From Coniocarpon cinnabarinum (lineage: Eukaryota), in the NCBI GenBank assembly GCA_051942205.1, contig JAVECO010000181.1, positions 1 through 45,034 on the forward strand: a stretch of DNA of 45,034 bases, given 5' to 3'. Made by a program: the position numbers and the translations under genes. The notes beneath the pieces are model-generated. The model made no database searches and was not told the DNA's origin. It worked only from the letters and a program-made list of their open reading frames with translations. Position 1 is the stretch's first letter. Every line of letters starts with the position of its first letter. Below are positions 40,310-45,034 of this stretch, piece by piece.

Positions 40310-41923
40310 CTTGGGAACGTTAAAGAAAGTGTGACATGATTAGCATGATAGTGCACCCTTGCTCGGGACTTGACTGTGATCGACAGGTTCCGTCTTGATT
40401 TCCAACAGGTGGCAAATTTTCACAAGATGACAAGCAGAGGGCTCAGATGGAGAGAAGAAGAAAGCAAGAAAGAGAGAGAGAGCTGGAAGTGGGCCTGCCA
40501 GAATATATATGAGAGCGTGCAAGGCAACAAAACAAACGCGGATGCGAACAAGAAAGAGCTTGCTGGAAATTGGCACAAAGTACCCCTCTGTGACACCTTT
40601 GGGGTGAGAGGTGTTTTCAATCTCAGTCGCGCTCAGAAAAAAAACAAACTCGTGAGCCTCCTCAAGCCGTTGGCTAAGCCAGGTATTGCCAATGATGTTG
40701 ATAATGATGATTTGCAGGCCACGATCATAATTTGCCTTGTTTATGCGTCATTAAGAAGCGCGAATGACCGAGCTTTGAACGTTTGACATGCCACAGAGTC
40801 ACCTGCGAGCAGTGCCTCATATCCAAGGACCACGGCGCTGCGGTGTTTGCGACTCTCACAATACACACCAGCCACTTCTGTTCCAGTACACGTACCAAAA
40901 GATGCCCCTCGGGCTCTTCTTCGAGCGTATCAGGAAAAAACAAAGGCCCAACGAGCATCTGGAAAATACGTCAAGAGAAGGGTAAAAAGCAGGGCACGCA
41001 GGGGTCCTCGAAACGGGCACGACGGGGCACGAAGATGCAGATCTCGTCTCTGAGCACCCTGCGCAAATATGTATTTGGGTTGCCCGTGCTGCTGGTGACG
41101 GGGCACTGTGTTCGCCTGTGAAGATGTAGCCAGCACGACAACCCACCCATATTTTCAAAAGTGTCCGGGCACAGTGGTGCACGAATTCATATGGCGAAGG
41201 TGTAGAAAGCGAATGCTTCGATCATCTGATGCAATATCTGATCTGTCGCAACCACGATCTGCCCTTGAAACAGCAGTGTCGACGCGCATCAGACATTTAC
41301 ACAGGAGTGTAGAGGTTGAGACGAACTGTGGCGGTGCACAAGTTCCAGACGCTAGTGAGGTCATTGTGCATTTGGTTGGCGCAAGAATGTGGCTGGAGCT
41401 TTGGGCAATCTTCAGGCCAGCAAACTGAATCGTTGGAGCAGCGTTGCCTCGAACAAGTGTTTGTGAGAGCAATTCTAGTTGATATTAAAAGGCAGCCGGC
41501 TTGCCTGCAAACCCCCTCCCTCTGTTTCTGCTGGGTTTCAGAGCAAACGCTGCGCGGAGCCGCCGTGACAACCCAACGCCGCTACGCCTCGTGCCAGCAA
41601 ATCGTTGCGTATGTGCCCAGCCATTGGACCTAGCATTCTCCCAGTCGCCCACGTTACAAGCGCCCAAATCCCAGCTTAAAGGCGTTTGATACTCCGTGTT
41701 CAACTTCTTTTGGCGTGTGCTTTGAGGATTCTCATAAGTTCACTGTTCGGGTTGACGCTGTGTGCAGGACGTCGTTACCTTGCTTTGTCTGCAAGGATAT
41801 CTCTTGTTACACGGCAGCTCTACTGCAAATCGACGTCAAGCCGCAGCAAATTTCGAGCACGTGAGCTTTCAAGCATTTCAAGCCAAGGTCTGTTGATCAG
41901 ACCGGGCACATCACTGCAACATC

Positions 41924-43403
41924 ATGGCAATGCTCGGACAAACCATCACTGTTGTTAATAAATCTGGCAAGGTCGTGAGCACGGTAAGCTGCGCCCTGGA
42001 TCTTAAACGGAAAGCCCGCGCTAATCTCTTTGCAGAGCAAACACCTCGTGAATGTCTTCAAGGAAGCCAAGTCCGCCTATCGAGAACGCAAGGCTGAGAT
42101 CCAAGCTACCAGAGACGGAGGGCTGGAGAAGAAGCGATCCAAGAATGCAAAGACCGAAGACTCGCGCCCTCCCTCACCCCGCCATTCTCCTCCAACTCCA
42201 AGATCGCCTGTGTCAAGAACAGAGTCAGTGACTTCTGTTCGTCAGGAATCTAGACGAGATGGCAACCGTGAGCGAAGACGAGAGTACCGACCTGACCGTC
42301 GAGCCTCGGAGTCAAGACACAGTACATCCCACCGGCAGCCAATGGAACGTGGATACACAGACAGCTTTTACACAAATGACACGACACGACGAAGGAGCCA
42401 CGCTCCCCCGAGCTCCCCGCTGAAGTTCATGGAGGAAGCAGAGAAAGAAAAGGAGGGCAAGGAACTCATACGGAGACGATCCCTTGATGACATCCGGACT
42501 GAGTCGTCGCGACGCAGCTCACAGGTTGTGAGACGCCGTACTTCGGATATCGACATGGATCTGGCCTACGGTGAACTGCCACCACCTTTGCCCGCTCGTC
42601 CACTTGACGAGCAAAATGAGCTCAAGTTCAAAGTGACCTCCTTGCAGCGGATGCTAGAGGAAGTCAATTGCCTGCAGCACTCTGCACAGGCTACGATCAA
42701 GAGCCTAGAGAACAACCCAGATGCCATGGCTGCGGTAGCATTGACCATGGCCGAAATTAGCGGACTCGTGTCCAAGGTTGGTCCAGGGGCTTTGACGGCT
42801 CTCAAAGGTAGCTTTCCCGCAGTTATTGCCCTGTTAGCCAGCCCAGAATTCCTTATTGCGGCTGGCGTAGGCGTTGGTGTCACCGTCATTGCACTGGGTG
42901 GTTATAAGATTGTCAAACGCATCAAGGCCAAGAAAGCTAATAGCAAGAATGATGCTGAATCTCCTTCGGGTGAACTGGAAGAAGTCCAATCTGATGTCAA
43001 TCTTGACCGGATCGAGAATTGGCGCCGTGGGATCGCAGACGTGGAGGCTCAGAGCGTCGGCACGAGCGTCGAAGGCGAGCTCATCACTCCAGGTGCTGCA
43101 AAGCAGCTTCGCGAGCAAGGAAACATGCCCTCATCGTCTAGAAAATCAAAGACAAGTAAAGATGCTAAGAAGGAGCGTGCGCAGGAGAAGGAGGACAAAC
43201 GAGCACGCGAAAAGCAAGAGAAGAAAGAAAAGCGCGATCGTAAAGAACGTGACGAGCGTGAGCGCAAGGAGCAGAAGAAAGAGAAAGAGCGGGAAAAGAA
43301 AGGAGGCAAGGAGCGTGAGAAGAAAGATCCGCAAATGGCCTTGATGGTCAAGGGACGGACAGAAGACGCGCAAGAAACCGTGAGGAGCAGCCAGGAGCAA
43401 TGA
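41924..43403 (+). CDS. Fungal hypothetical protein with a coiled-coil, a hydrophobic/TM segment and a Lys/Glu-rich tail, ~475 aa; exons 41924-41983 and 42036-43403
   Basis: MAMLGQTITVVNKSGKVVST|SKHLVNVFKEAKSAY; intron GTAAGC...GCTAAT...GCAG; DMDLAYGE; LLASPEFLIAAGVGVGVTVIALGGYKIVK. Confidence 0.85.
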
Positions 43404-43982
43404 GCCACGCCAGGCTGTGAGGATTTCAGTGCGACATGGACGACCTTGACGACGACACGGCCGAGGGAGTGTTATAAAGCATAGCCTGCGGGCAGACTCG
43501 CACAGGTATATATCAGATCTTGAATCAGCATTGAGGCTCAAGCGCACCTGGGGGCAAAAAGCCAAGCTTTCCCATCTTCCCAAAATAGAACAGTGTTGAT
43601 CGCCAATGGAGTGACGTGTCGCCGCTTTTGCGCTCGACAAGACGTTTTCTTCCAGCCAAGAGGGACGTTCGCCGAAACCATGCCAGTAATGCTAGACATC
43701 ACTGGTTCTTCGTCTCGGCGCGTCTATTGGGTCCTGTCGCACGGCCCGTGACGCGCATGCCATAACGTGATGCATAGCCTCTATGCCAGGTTGACCACCA
43801 GGCTCCCACTTTCACCACAGCCTTGCTCTCCTTGACCCTTTAACTATAGACGATCGCTGGTCTAGTCCATTACACATCTCTGGCAATTTGTAACGTGCTA
43901 GTAACGTCGTTCATTCCTCTTCTTGTCGTCCATCTTTTGCCTCATCCTCTGAGAAATCTGGCAGCTGACATAGATCGACGTC

Positions 43983-45034
43983 ATGGGCCTAGATGAGAAG
44001 TAAGCCTTGCCACCCAGTCCAACTGCATGCGTTCACTAACCGTGTCATCAGTCTTCCCTCGTTTCACTTCACCGATTCCAAAGACAAAACCTCCATTCCA
44101 TACCTGCTTACGCGGGGTGGCGGTGATCCTACACCTGCATATACCCTTCAACATCCCAGTCCAACCTCCCATCAAGGCCAGAACTGCTACGCTGCTGCTC
44201 TTTTTGACGCCTATAGCCCTGACGTTCTCTACGGTGAAGTCTTGATCCGCCCGCGCTGGACGCAACCCTCGCTTTTACAAGAAGACATCCGCAGAAATGG
44301 CGGCATTCCACCACCGCCTGAGCCAATCCTCCCCACAGATTTCACTATTCAGCTTTATAACCCGGACCTTCAGATCGAGGTGAAGAGGGAACAGAGCACC
44401 TTCAGCGGAACGCGGTATGACTTCGCAGTCCCGCAGGACACATTCCGTTTGCCGTCGTCATCCGCGCTCGACCGCTCACAGCATGACCCGGCTGCGGCGC
44501 TCACAACGCCCAAGATCAACTTCAGCTTCAAGCGTGAGAATAAGCTTGGGAAGGACATGGTGCTCACCATGACGGGACGCTCGACGGATGTCGTGCACAA
44601 GAAGAAGTCGAAAGAACCCGACATCAGCATTGCACTGTTCCGTGGGCTCAGGGAACTGACCATGTACGAGCCGAATTTGTATCGTGTCGATATCGAAGAT
44701 CCCAAAGGTCTCGAAATTGCTGTTATCCTGGTCGCCACCGTCATCAAAGACGTGTTTTACTCCTCACTCCGCCAGGCCTTTAATGTGACTGATGCACCCG
44801 CACGTCGGACATCTGGTCCCAACTCTTTCAGCCGCACAAACGGCACTGCGGCTCCAGTGCAGCCCAGTAGTCCTCATGCTCCTTCTTCCAACGCCATCCA
44901 CAATCCAACCATGGCCGGTGCCCTCCCTGCCGGTGCCTCGGCGCTATATCACCACCCCTCCAATCAACATCCCCAGCAACAATACCACTCCCCACAACCC
45001 CACCCCCCCCCAAACCCCCCAAGCCCCCCCATCA
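43983..45034 (+). CDS. Fungal hypothetical protein running off the right edge (missed by the ORF track); exons 43983-43999 and 44052->45034
   Basis: MGLDEN|LPSFHF...; 52-nt intron GTAAGC...ACTAAC...TCAG. The frame is open to the window end: YAAALFDAYSPDVLYGEV...FTIQLYNPD...KEPDISIALF...YEPNLYRVDIEDPKGLEI, then a Pro-rich tract. Confidence 0.87.

Noticed and set aside
41924..43403. bZIP transcription factor call
   Set aside because: No N-x7-R basic region followed by a leucine zipper; the charged tail is low complexity.

Overview
Gene-dense eukaryotic DNA from a filamentous ascomycete (probably Pezizomycotina). Most genes carry short (~50-75 nt) GT-AG introns with CTRAY-type branch points, so the prokaryote-style ORF track fragments or misses several of them. 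I reconstructed about 21 coding units by hand. Recognisable families: a secreted alpha/beta hydrolase, a CUE+Smr (Cue2-like) nuclease, an Mx-like dynamin GTPase, the GMPPA/Mpg2-type GDP-mannose pyrophosphorylase subunit (with a GC-AG intron), a serine-less alpha/beta-hydrolase-fold protein, a small RING protein, Emp65/TAPT1, an ExgD-type GH5 glucanase and an Ego1/LAMTOR1-like lipid anchor. Unassigned: a 1434-aa secreted mucin with PAN/apple-like modules and a repeated FNSAPRTG motif, a Zn-finger/Gln-repeat protein and several hypothetical proteins. Less obvious items: a 48-aa membrane micro-protein absent from the ORF track, a secreted multi-KR propeptide precursor, a tandem pair of orphan paralogs with a shared intron position, a cytochrome P450 pseudogene, a decayed ~295-bp triplication and several minisatellites. 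I saw no rRNA, tRNA, CRISPR or intact transposon. No multi-gene novel system is demonstrable from sequence alone; the best candidates are listed as findings. All family calls are from motif recognition, not database searches.
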